DNA of 64,000 nucleotides from Giardia intestinalis (Eukaryota): NCBI GenBank assembly GCA_000002435.2, contig CM018793.1; one strand, 5' to 3'. Shown piece by piece: positions 56,701 to 64,000 of this stretch (position 1 is its first letter; each line of letters starts with the position of its first letter). The notes under the pieces were generated by a model. It saw only the letters and a program-made list of their open reading frames with translations, ran no database searches and was not told where the DNA came from. The position numbers and the translations under genes were made by a program.

Positions 56701-56895
56701 GATAACATTTATGGATGCATCAAGGCAGCTTTCATAATACGATAGCCTCATACCGTTGGTTGTGCTCCAGACGTTAATGCTGTCATGAGCAGCGACGAAG
56801 AGCTTTTGACCAGATGGATGCACAGCACAGCCGCCAATAGTGGCTATGACCCCACAGGCAAGGTCTGGCTCGTACCTGAGGTAGGTCCTGGACAT
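53770..56895 (-). CDS. WD40-repeat U3 snoRNP/SSU-processome protein, UTP12/WDR3 (Dip2)-like
   Basis: N-terminus MSRTYLRYEPDLACGVIATIGGCAVHPSG parallels WDR3 (KQYLRYVASAVFGVIGS) and yeast Dip2 (KSYQRFEQAAAFGVIAS). Multiple WD repeats and a C-terminal helical domain. Confidence 0.55.
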   Translation of the reverse strand: MSRTYLRYEPDLACGVIATIGGCAVHPSGQKLFVAAHDSINVWSTTNGMRLSYYESCLDASINVIIHHSRKNVAAVGMSNGRVLAFDTDLPMVNLTHSFLPSNSAITALSFSDDGLFLFAGTASSEIFVHDLVEGSITSKLTGGHSGPITRIATMGTKYLLSASRDMLVVLWDLSTRAKLQTLVECNTEVRALCVYIEKKMSSSDSTQASESRPRKREKIDKELRTDKPVIPNHTMQPDSVVDSQSDEPYTWFVFVGCADNSIHAWSTHALPPMRTILEILSEITEPNSLAFKYLALLHRLGHHPDSQDSNAPVIASDLSNALNDDRARMIQNVDTIQEAKTLLDSDRKLLKYMGRMDKTSTEPTVSIKLVQTQLGAKLGEIVLALLVVSTKSVELYKVGSMEHVFKAAKRRLQKYARQKVEKLLAACKIDKEAAQYEVEDTMKPHLLSESAVLLKSTSRAVQTNDFLTSSLLIKSPYGEKLIDAAWIPKQNSVCLVSSLNFLKIFRVLVRDAANAAVKGVTAGGSGRGTEALRDSFYTYEETLEIALQGHRHVIHHASLSFDDTIVATCSQGEVKLWNIRKFICITTISLPKTMKTPTRVVILAGNKYSVVADSGGILGLINNIAAEVVDLVDAHAKRITDLQLSGGQLISSSEDGFVKFWSFGVTEDGGVSLNLEREFDAGHSVGVIRIDSPQKHILCALYDNTVRIYFLDTLRFKLVLYGHSMPITSMALSSTAEKLVTCSLDKTIRIWGLNFGECQKLIRFDSPFTDIQFIRDTRLGLAASRDGRLSYWDLDSFLLISILGEGRSGSYFSRGHFGECTSLCVSSAGRFVISVGHDKAIRQWIQTDDLINVRLEEQKRLHEAMTKEEEKTLGWEDPSKLQASRDGKNAGDILMEAVMLVSNELASRPESKSCNDPTSHLATYGKPPLEYLLSVIRTEIRHEVLLDALSSITVESARTLLDLLSQMLDQKYQPADFIVRCATFLITRYFAKAANTQGLAVLIRKAQKLIHETLRKQEEEARTALGCLEIMRSLEEGLTQ

Positions 56896-56998
56896 CTGTA
56901 GGCTCTATGCGGCCGCTGCGAAATAATTCCAATAACCACCGAGGGAGAGACCCAGAAAGAGTCAGCGCCCAGAGGGACCAAGACCGCCTAGGTGTTAT

Positions 56999-57745
56999 TT
57001 ACTGCTGTATGGACTGACCCTCTGCCAGGTTCCTGACCTGATTGCTGTCGTGCATCGTGGACAAGAGCTCCATGGTGTTGCGAGGACGCTTGACAACCTT
57101 GACTCTGCGGATCATCACGTCGCGACACATGGTGATCTTTTGCAAGGCCTCCGTGAGCTTAGCATTGACCTCGAAATTCGAGAGCTTGGTGACAAGCACA
57201 GGGATGCTGACCTTCCCTAGTTCATTGTGGAGAGTCTCGTAGATCCCGGCCCTCATCATCCTGATCACTCGACCCTTAACGTGGCAATTCTTCCTTCTTT
57301 GGAAGCGGAAGCGGTCAGTAAACGCTATAACGAAGACGCGGAGCAGGTAGCCATCTGTCGTGGGGATGTCCATGAACACGTCTATGCAGTCGCACCCCTT
57401 GCGGAACAGAGATCCGTACTTGTGGCGGGTGATATCCATCCCGTGGAAGTTGGTCAAGCACTTGCCATCGGAGACCAGCTGCGTCTGGAGGTAGAACTTC
57501 GTGTTTCCATTCAGATCCTCTGCGCCAGGGTTGAGGTCGCCGAGGTTGACCTCGTATACGCGGTGGTTGATGACGTCCGTGGCCACCCTGAGGCCGGCCG
57601 TCTTAGTGACTGGCGTTTGGCCGATGTGGCGGGACTTGAAGTGGGCGGGGGCAATGACTGGATACCACTCCTTCTTGAGATAGGGGTCCGGATTCTTGCG
57701 CTGCGTGATCTTCTTCTTGCCTGTCTTGTTCCCGCCGATAGCCAT
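56999..57745 (-). CDS. RPS3A: 40S ribosomal protein S3a (eS1)
   Basis: [26 protein letters not shown]...[21 protein letters not shown]...[15 protein letters not shown] matches RPS3A. Confidence 0.9.
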
Positions 57746-58072
57746 GCTTCGCCTCACAGAAATAGATCTGACAACATTTGGTTTTAAAATAGATTATGGC
57801 ATTTCTCATTTGAGCCTCTGGACTAGGCGCACCGTCAATCTTGGCCTCTTTGCCATTGGCCCAGAATCACGATTTGCCCGCGCATTTCATATTTTAGCTG
57901 CACCATAGAACACCTCTCTATTCATGTGCCTCAGATATCCTTGAAACACCATACGCATTGTGGACAAAGCTACAACCTTTCTGACTGTGCACTGAAAAAC
58001 ATGGCCAGGAGGTTGCTATCAAGGCTCTGAGGTCTTCTACGAGATCCTTGTTTAACTTTAAAAATAATTGAT

Positions 58073-59284
58073 ATGTCTAGAAAGTCCAAGCATCGCATTC
58101 ACCACATAACAGTCAATAAGAAGAGCAAGACTGGCCGACGGAGGCAGTATAGTGATGAGCGTGAGCTCTTTCGGGAGGATTACGTTGTGAAGAAGCCCTG
58201 CAATCCTTGTCCAAAGCAAGTGAACATGAAGCCTCGAGAGCCGCAGCCAAACAAATACGACGAGGAGCAGATTAAAGAGCTTGTTAAGCTTGCCGGTGAA
58301 AATCAGCAGCTACTGAATGAGATGACCCTGGATGCCAGAATAACAAAGGCCAAGCAGAAGAAGACAGACAGCATAGTTAAGACCTTTGACATCTGGGGAA
58401 CGCCGCTACCAGAGAAGCGGACAATAGACTTCACAGGAAAGCCTATTCCAGTCCCCCACAAGCTTTCGGCACGTGTCCCAGGCGTTGATGAACTCCAGGG
58501 CAAGGGATCTAGCGCAGTTGAGCTGCCTCAAACAGCTGTTTCATACAACCCAACCTACCTGTCGCAGCAGCAGGTCATTGAAAAGCTCGCAAAGAAATAC
58601 GTTTCTGAAGACAAGGTAGCCATGAAACTCAAAGCCATTCGACCGTCTAGCTTCACTCCTGAAGAGGTGCATGAAGAACACGTTAATGCAATTTTACAAT
58701 ATATTATCGAACGTGATAAGGCACAAGCAGCGCAACCAGACCAGCAGGATGGCCATGCCTCTGAGTTCGATGCTTCTGAACAATCTCTCTCGGTCGCCGA
58801 TACAGCAGCTTCTCGCCTTCCTCTCACTGATGAAATAAGGCGCCTTCTTGAGGAGCACAAGCTAGAGGAGGTTCACATGACCCAGACAGATCGCCGTCTC
58901 AAGAGAAGACAGATAAGGGAAATGAGCCAAGAACTTAAGGTGCTCGATGAGCTCATCAAGCAAGTACACATTTCAAAGTTAGCTGCCAGCATAGACGCAG
59001 GTACTTTCGATATCAATAATTTGGCAAATCAATCTATAGAGACTGAGCTAGGCAGGATCGAGAAGAAAATTCGCCAGCCTACAGATAGACCAGTGCCAGA
59101 GGAGGAGCCTCCTGTCCCGCTGACCGAGGACTGCAAGGGGACTATGCGCCTCGTCAAGCCAGTGGGGTCTGTCTTACAAGATAGGTGGGTCTCTGCGCAG
59201 CGTCGTAATCTCGTCGAAATAGGAGTTCCAAACAATCCTAACAAACAGAACGCTACGCGGGAATGGAAGGTTATTGTACATTAG
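58073..59284 (+). CDS. Lys-rich nucleolar-type protein, possibly Nop53/GLTSCR2-like
   Basis: Basic N-terminus; SYNPTYLSQQQ resembles the SYNPSFEDHQ of GLTSCR2; C-terminal QRRN motif. Weak assignment. Confidence 0.4.
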   Translation: MSRKSKHRIHHITVNKKSKTGRRRQYSDERELFREDYVVKKPCNPCPKQVNMKPREPQPNKYDEEQIKELVKLAGENQQLLNEMTLDARITKAKQKKTDSIVKTFDIWGTPLPEKRTIDFTGKPIPVPHKLSARVPGVDELQGKGSSAVELPQTAVSYNPTYLSQQQVIEKLAKKYVSEDKVAMKLKAIRPSSFTPEEVHEEHVNAILQYIIERDKAQAAQPDQQDGHASEFDASEQSLSVADTAASRLPLTDEIRRLLEEHKLEEVHMTQTDRRLKRRQIREMSQELKVLDELIKQVHISKLAASIDAGTFDINNLANQSIETELGRIEKKIRQPTDRPVPEEEPPVPLTEDCKGTMRLVKPVGSVLQDRWVSAQRRNLVEIGVPNNPNKQNATREWKVIVH

Positions 59285-59402
59285 AAAGCCGATACTTCAT
59301 AACTTAATCCTGTCCTGTAGCCTTGTGCAGTAAATAACGATCCATCCCGCTTGTTTAGGTAAAGAAGAGAAGTGGTGGGGTACGGTGGTACTGCACTTGC
59401 TG

Positions 59403-62400
59403 CTATTTACTGCTATTCACAGCAGGACTTCTATTGGAGGGCTGATTACTATGGCCTACCCGCTGATGCTTCAAGCGGGCAGCCTTTGGTTTCCGAGCAT
59501 GCTCTCTGCTTCCCCCCTCTGCAGAGGATGGCCTTTGTCGAGGTGGGTGTATCGCGAGGACATGCCCACCTCTCAGCTGGATTGCACTGTCATCAATGGT
59601 ATCTGTGAAGGCTATCTTCCTCGTGATCACTCTTGGTTCTAAAATAAATTTATCTAGCTTTGGCGGCATACAAGATATCAAATCGTGATAAACAGGGACA
59701 TAGTTCAATATAATTTCTAGAAAAATATGATAAATAACGGGATACTCAGAGAATTTCAAGATGTGCTTGGAGTCCTTACTCCGAATAAGCTTGAAGTTCT
59801 CCTCGGAATTATCGGTGGACCGGTAAAATTCTAGATTGGTATGAAATGTGTTAAGTGGAAGACAGCCTACAAAGCTCAGCCGGATGCCGTCCATTATTGA
59901 GCGCGATGATAGGAACTTGGTGGCAACGGCTGACAGGTTAGAGAATTCAGTTAGCTTATAATTTGCAGAGAAATGTGTGAAGCGTGCTAACGCCTTGTCA
60001 GAGCAGATATACCGCCGTATGCCGGGTGAGCATACGAGCCTCCGGGTTGCCGACTCACAGAGAAAGGCGTCAAAGCTTGCTCTGGAGGAGGGCGATGGCA
60101 GGATGTAGCCGGAGCCCCTATCCCACCCTGAAGCTGAACAAGTGCCACCCTGCATGATAAAGGATTGATGACAAAAGTCACAGGAGCAATCAGAAGACGG
60201 ATCTCTGCGATAGAAGGTTAGGTAGGGAGCGTGAGAGCTAGAGGGACAAACTAGATAGTCGTGTGTCTTGTCATTTTGTTTATGTGTGAGTAAATGGTAA
60301 AGAAGCTTTATGAATGTCCTATATTGCTCTAGAATAATCTTTTCGCATCTTTCTTTGTCTCCAGGGACCAGTGACGTCCCAACGGTTATGCTAAGCTCTT
60401 TTCTTTTCGTCTCGCGCAGCCTTGCTTTACTCCTTGATGCTTTAGTGGTTTCTTTGCTAAAGGATACTACTTCTGCATCACCTGAGGAGCACGGCCTTCT
60501 CCCATCATCCAGCAAAAGAGAAAGATAAGAGTTGCTGCTATCAAAAGGAGAAGTTGTCGAGATAAGTGGAGACGGGTTTAAAGAAACGGTTTTACAGGTC
60601 GAGACGCCGCTCTGTAATGGTGCGTCGCTTACGATTGTTATATGATCGCTCGATCCGTCGGTCAAGGACTCCTTTACTTCAGCAGTGGACACAGCAGAGC
60701 TTGGTGGGGATATGCGAGTAGAGTCACTGGAAAGCTTTTCTAAATTGTGATGCTTTGTCGTGGTGATAACAATACTAGATGAGCAATGAGAATTAGAGGT
60801 AACTAGAGAGGAGGATGTCTGGTGATGAAATACGGCCTGCATGGATTGCTTGTACTCAGAAGAGGATCGCTTAAAGATGGGATGAGATAGCATGAGTTGT
60901 AAACTAGCTGTATGGCGCATATCATGGCTAAGTAATGAGTTGAGAGGGTTCATGATAGACTTAAAACCAACGTTGTGTAGATATTTAAATGAGGCAGGAA
61001 TGGATCTAGTCTTACTAAAGACTCGCTCTACGCATGAACCATTAGCTGGATAAAAGTGCTTCATTAGGTCACAGAGAGTGGAGTGCAACTGCTGAAGGGT
61101 CAAACTATCTAATATAGAGGATATTCTTGACGTGGATTCGGGATTAAAGGAGCTTATGTTGTAGGGAGGAAGCAAGTCTATGGAATAATTCAGGCCCGCT
61201 ATGGTCTTTGGCTGAATAATTGAATCTGGGCACCCCTCACGAGGTTCATTGGTACTCTGAATAGTGCTTTTTGCGGTTGCGTCCAAGTTGACCACAAACC
61301 CTTTTTCAGAATTGTTCTGGCCGGTCTCATTCTTACGTAGATAGCCATCATGTCTTGCAGACGCAGCTAATGCAAAATTTTTTGTTGTATGATAACTGGT
61401 TATGGTCTCTGCATCTATAGTGACGGGGTCTGCGACCTTAGAACGACTCATTATCTGCTGCAGCCCTGTATAATAAAGAGCATTAATTATTATCCGATAG
61501 TACAGAGGAAGGTCTTTGTAAACCTCACTGTGCTGTTGCATTACCAATAGGATAGCATATAAGTGAATAATAGTCCGAGGGTATTCTGAAAGAGAGTAAG
61601 AGCTACGATGGAAGATTTTTCTTATATCATCTGCTGACATGCGCCCCGATCTCTTATATCCGAAGTGCGTAGATGTGGCATCCAACATCAAATATCCCTT
61701 CCTCTCACTCCATGAAAGGATGGAGGGCTCATGATACTTCCTGGAGATGTTACCCCTCAACACAATGGTACTGGTCTCTACTTGGAGATCAGTACATACA
61801 TGAAGATGCTCAACAAAATAGTTAAAGACGTCCAGGATGGTTTCTGCAGATGGAGCAGATTCGCGACAGAGGTGGTGTATGCAGAAGGCATCCTTCACCC
61901 GAAGAAACTCTGCTCCTACCCACTTTTCAGCTAGCTGCTTCCGCTGAAGAAACGTATGATCGTCTGTTTTAGAATAAACCTTCTTGGTGTGGGGTTGGGT
62001 GTTAGTATCTTCAAAGGAAGTACAGCTAGAAATATTGGTTAGATTGTTCTTCTCTTTAATTGATCGATGTGTCTTAAGAGAATTGATGATGCCTGGGGAA
62101 GCGAACGACCGCTCTGGCTGGAATCCGTTGCGCGCCCAAGTTAAGTCAGAGGTGCACGTTGGTAGCATGGGCGAATGGACAGTGAGCAGCGAGTAGGTAC
62201 AGTCATGTGTGTCTAGTGCATGCTGGATATCACTTTGTGACAAGTTTAGGAGCTTTAGGGGAGAGGTGATGCTCCCCGAGTCTGAAGGAGAAAAGCGTAG
62301 CTGCTTGTTGGAAGCAGATCTTTTCTCGGTATAGAACCTATTATACTTGATATACATCTCTAAATGGTGGTCATGATCAGAGCTCCGTGCATTTGTAAGC

Positions 62401-62945
62401 CAGGATACTGTTTGAGGAGTATTAAACCTATAAAACGTAAGTAAATGGTCACGTTGGAGGTCAAGGTACTGCGGGTCAACGCTTATCTGTGACCAGACAA
62501 CAGAAAACCAGGACTTAGGGTCGATATCCATTATGGTTCCCTCCTGGATAACGGGGTTAGTGCGTGCGAGACTCTTGATCATTTCTATAAAAGGTTGCCG
62601 CTCGGCTACAGACCGGCGGTCCTCGTATATTAGTGGGCTAAAAAGCAGGTCTGGGTAGGGTCTGGAGGCGGTGTTAGAAATTGTCAAAGAGGGACGCTGA
62701 ACGGGGTAGAGCTCTATTTTTGATAGAACGGGCACCCAGTATGTTCTAAATAGTGTTCCATCGGGCCTGGGAAACAAAACCGAATGTCCGTACGGCGAGT
62801 CGAAAAACCGCCATACACTTGCTAAGTGCACCAGAGGTGTGCTTGAGGAGGACAAGGCCGTGATGGAGACGCGAGGTGTCAGGCATTCGATGATTGTTCC
62901 GAGGTTGTCTTGATCCCTAGCCACCGCCCCCTGCTCTGAGTGCAT
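59403..62945 (-). CDS. hypothetical protein (1180 aa)
   Basis: ATG-initiated long ORF; no family recognised. Confidence 0.55.
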   Translation of the reverse strand: MHSEQGAVARDQDNLGTIIECLTPRVSITALSSSSTPLVHLASVWRFFDSPYGHSVLFPRPDGTLFRTYWVPVLSKIELYPVQRPSLTISNTASRPYPDLLFSPLIYEDRRSVAERQPFIEMIKSLARTNPVIQEGTIMDIDPKSWFSVVWSQISVDPQYLDLQRDHLLTFYRFNTPQTVSWLTNARSSDHDHHLEMYIKYNRFYTEKRSASNKQLRFSPSDSGSITSPLKLLNLSQSDIQHALDTHDCTYSLLTVHSPMLPTCTSDLTWARNGFQPERSFASPGIINSLKTHRSIKEKNNLTNISSCTSFEDTNTQPHTKKVYSKTDDHTFLQRKQLAEKWVGAEFLRVKDAFCIHHLCRESAPSAETILDVFNYFVEHLHVCTDLQVETSTIVLRGNISRKYHEPSILSWSERKGYLMLDATSTHFGYKRSGRMSADDIRKIFHRSSYSLSEYPRTIIHLYAILLVMQQHSEVYKDLPLYYRIIINALYYTGLQQIMSRSKVADPVTIDAETITSYHTTKNFALAASARHDGYLRKNETGQNNSEKGFVVNLDATAKSTIQSTNEPREGCPDSIIQPKTIAGLNYSIDLLPPYNISSFNPESTSRISSILDSLTLQQLHSTLCDLMKHFYPANGSCVERVFSKTRSIPASFKYLHNVGFKSIMNPLNSLLSHDMRHTASLQLMLSHPIFKRSSSEYKQSMQAVFHHQTSSSLVTSNSHCSSSIVITTTKHHNLEKLSSDSTRISPPSSAVSTAEVKESLTDGSSDHITIVSDAPLQSGVSTCKTVSLNPSPLISTTSPFDSSNSYLSLLLDDGRRPCSSGDAEVVSFSKETTKASRSKARLRETKRKELSITVGTSLVPGDKERCEKIILEQYRTFIKLLYHLLTHKQNDKTHDYLVCPSSSHAPYLTFYRRDPSSDCSCDFCHQSFIMQGGTCSASGWDRGSGYILPSPSSRASFDAFLCESATRRLVCSPGIRRYICSDKALARFTHFSANYKLTEFSNLSAVATKFLSSRSIMDGIRLSFVGCLPLNTFHTNLEFYRSTDNSEENFKLIRSKDSKHILKFSEYPVIYHIFLEIILNYVPVYHDLISCMPPKLDKFILEPRVITRKIAFTDTIDDSAIQLRGGHVLAIHPPRQRPSSAEGGSREHARKPKAARLKHQRVGHSNQPSNRSPAVNSSK

Positions 62946-63008
62946 TCAGTAGAATCGTCTTTTTTGAAAATCAAATGTTATAGACAGAGTTGTTTACACA
63001 GGAGGCAC

Positions 63009-64000
63009 TCAGCTGTTTGCATAGGCCCGTGCAATCTCTTTGACACGCTCCTGTGTAGTTGCCGTGCCGAACTTCTTCTCGAAGTTATAGAACCTCTTTA
63101 ATACATACGACATCTTCTTCAGCGATAACCGTAATGCACAACACCGCTCATAGAGAGACCGTACGTCCTGGGGATTTATAGGCGCCACGTGCTTCTCTTC
63201 CATGTCTAAGTATTGCCCCCATATATCCATCCGCTGAGGCATAGTACCCACAAGTTTGTCAAAAGCCGCTCTTCCCCGTGTAACGTCATTTATTTTGTAC
63301 TCTGCCCGGGCAGAATCGCAAAGCAACCGCAGAAGAACGTCCTGTGAAAGACAGCTGGACGCCTTTTGTAGTTCCTGCCCTCGCGCCTTTATACGGTTAC
63401 CTTCTACGACATTGGCGGGGATATCATGGCCCTTGACGTTATAAAGGAACAAGAAATAGTCCCTCCAGTTTTCATAGATCCTCTTCCGTTCCTTTTTGGA
63501 GAATAGCACGTCGTAACCTCTTGCGGCTGATTCCCAGTCGCCCTGGTCTAGCTTTCCGGAGCAGTATATTCTTAGAAGCTCATTGGGATCGTTTCTGCGT
63601 ATTCCCTCATAGAGTTCATTCATCCCCGCTTCTGGACCGTGAAACTTCTCCTTCAACGCTATCTTCGCTAACCAAAGATTCCTGTAATCTACCTCCTTGT
63701 CTGGACAAATCTTTGTCATGGCTCGATCGAGGACCGCCTCCGCCTTATCGATGCTCGCCCTATCAACGTGGAAAGCGACATACCGAATCCAGAGATACGA
63801 AGACTGCTCGTTTCCTGCCAAAAGTCTTTCAAAGTCTGCCTCTGACTGCGGGGCAGCATTCGTTAGCAGCTCCTCCTCTCTTTCACGAATGTCTTTTTCC
63901 TCCTTAACTCTTTTCTGCTCGGCAGTCATTTTTGGTGCCTGGCGCACTTCGTACTCTCGCACTCCATTATTCAGAATATCGTCATTTGCTTCCTGATAGT
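63009..64000 (-). CDS. RRP5: rRNA biogenesis protein Rrp5/PDCD11, C-terminal HAT-repeat region. Partial: the 5' end lies beyond the window edge.
   Basis: APQSEADFERLLAGNEQSSYLWIRYVAFHVD...KKMSYVLKRFYNFEKKFGTATTQERVKEIARAYANS-stop matches the Rrp5 C-terminus (DDFERLL..SS.WI.YMAFHL...KKMKFFFKKYLEYEK.HG....V..VKAKA.EYVE). The frame stays open to nt 64000 and the ORF-track start at 63962 is GTG. Confidence 0.55.
   Translation of the reverse strand, partial: YQEANDDILNNGVREYEVRQAPKMTAEQKRVKEEKDIREREEELLTNAAPQSEADFERLLAGNEQSSYLWIRYVAFHVDRASIDKAEAVLDRAMTKICPDKEVDYRNLWLAKIALKEKFHGPEAGMNELYEGIRRNDPNELLRIYCSGKLDQGDWESAARGYDVLFSKKERKRIYENWRDYFLFLYNVKGHDIPANVVEGNRIKARGQELQKASSCLSQDVLLRLLCDSARAEYKINDVTRGRAAFDKLVGTMPQRMDIWGQYLDMEEKHVAPINPQDVRSLYERCCALRLSLKKMSYVLKRFYNFEKKFGTATTQERVKEIARAYANS

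Noticed and set aside
1-64000. Prokaryotic-style defence/accessory system, mobile elements, rRNA or tRNA genes
   Set aside because: Gene content, poly(A) signals, ribosomal-protein types and the VSP family show that this is a eukaryotic (Giardia-like) nuclear segment. I found no transposase, integrase, LTR, rDNA or tRNA-like cloverleaf sequences by eye. A covariance-model scan (tRNAscan-SE/Infernal) would be needed to exclude small ncRNAs formally.

Overview
The window reads as a diplomonad chromosome segment, most consistent with Giardia intestinalis. Evidence: variant-specific surface proteins (VSPs) with the conserved ...GFLCWWFICRGKA tail; AGTRAAY polyadenylation signals a few nucleotides after stop codons; short AT-rich initiators directly upstream of each ATG; intronless, tightly packed genes on both strands. 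About 35 protein-coding genes are present and no rRNA, tRNA, transposon or CRISPR was recognised. Housekeeping genes include ribosomal proteins uL14/RPL23, eS30 and eS1/RPS3A, Ran, a catalytic proteasome beta subunit, an E2 enzyme, an ERK-type MAPK, two adjacent DEAD-box helicases (UAP56/Sub2-like and DDX3/Ded1-like), an LSG1-like circularly permuted GTPase, a UTP12/WDR3-like WD40 protein, the Rrp5/PDCD11 C-terminus, an actin-related protein, IFT56/TTC26 and an FG-repeat nucleoporin candidate. Between ~24.9 and 41.4 kb lies a ~17 kb locus of cysteine-rich surface-protein genes: two high-cysteine membrane proteins (HCMPs), a giant membrane protein with a metzincin HEXXHXXGXXH motif, a secreted tandem-EGF protein, and a canonical VSP carrying 5.5 perfect 120-bp repeats. 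A frameshifted VSP pseudogene sits at the left edge. The most unusual element is a ~1.1 kb extreme-GC island (38118-39200; every codon of both ORFs ends in G or C) inside that locus. It encodes a FOR20/FOPNL-like basal-body protein and an orphan 146-aa ORF. The provided ORF track uses bacterial start codons (TTG/GTG), so several gene starts were moved to the first in-frame ATG preceded by an AT-rich element.
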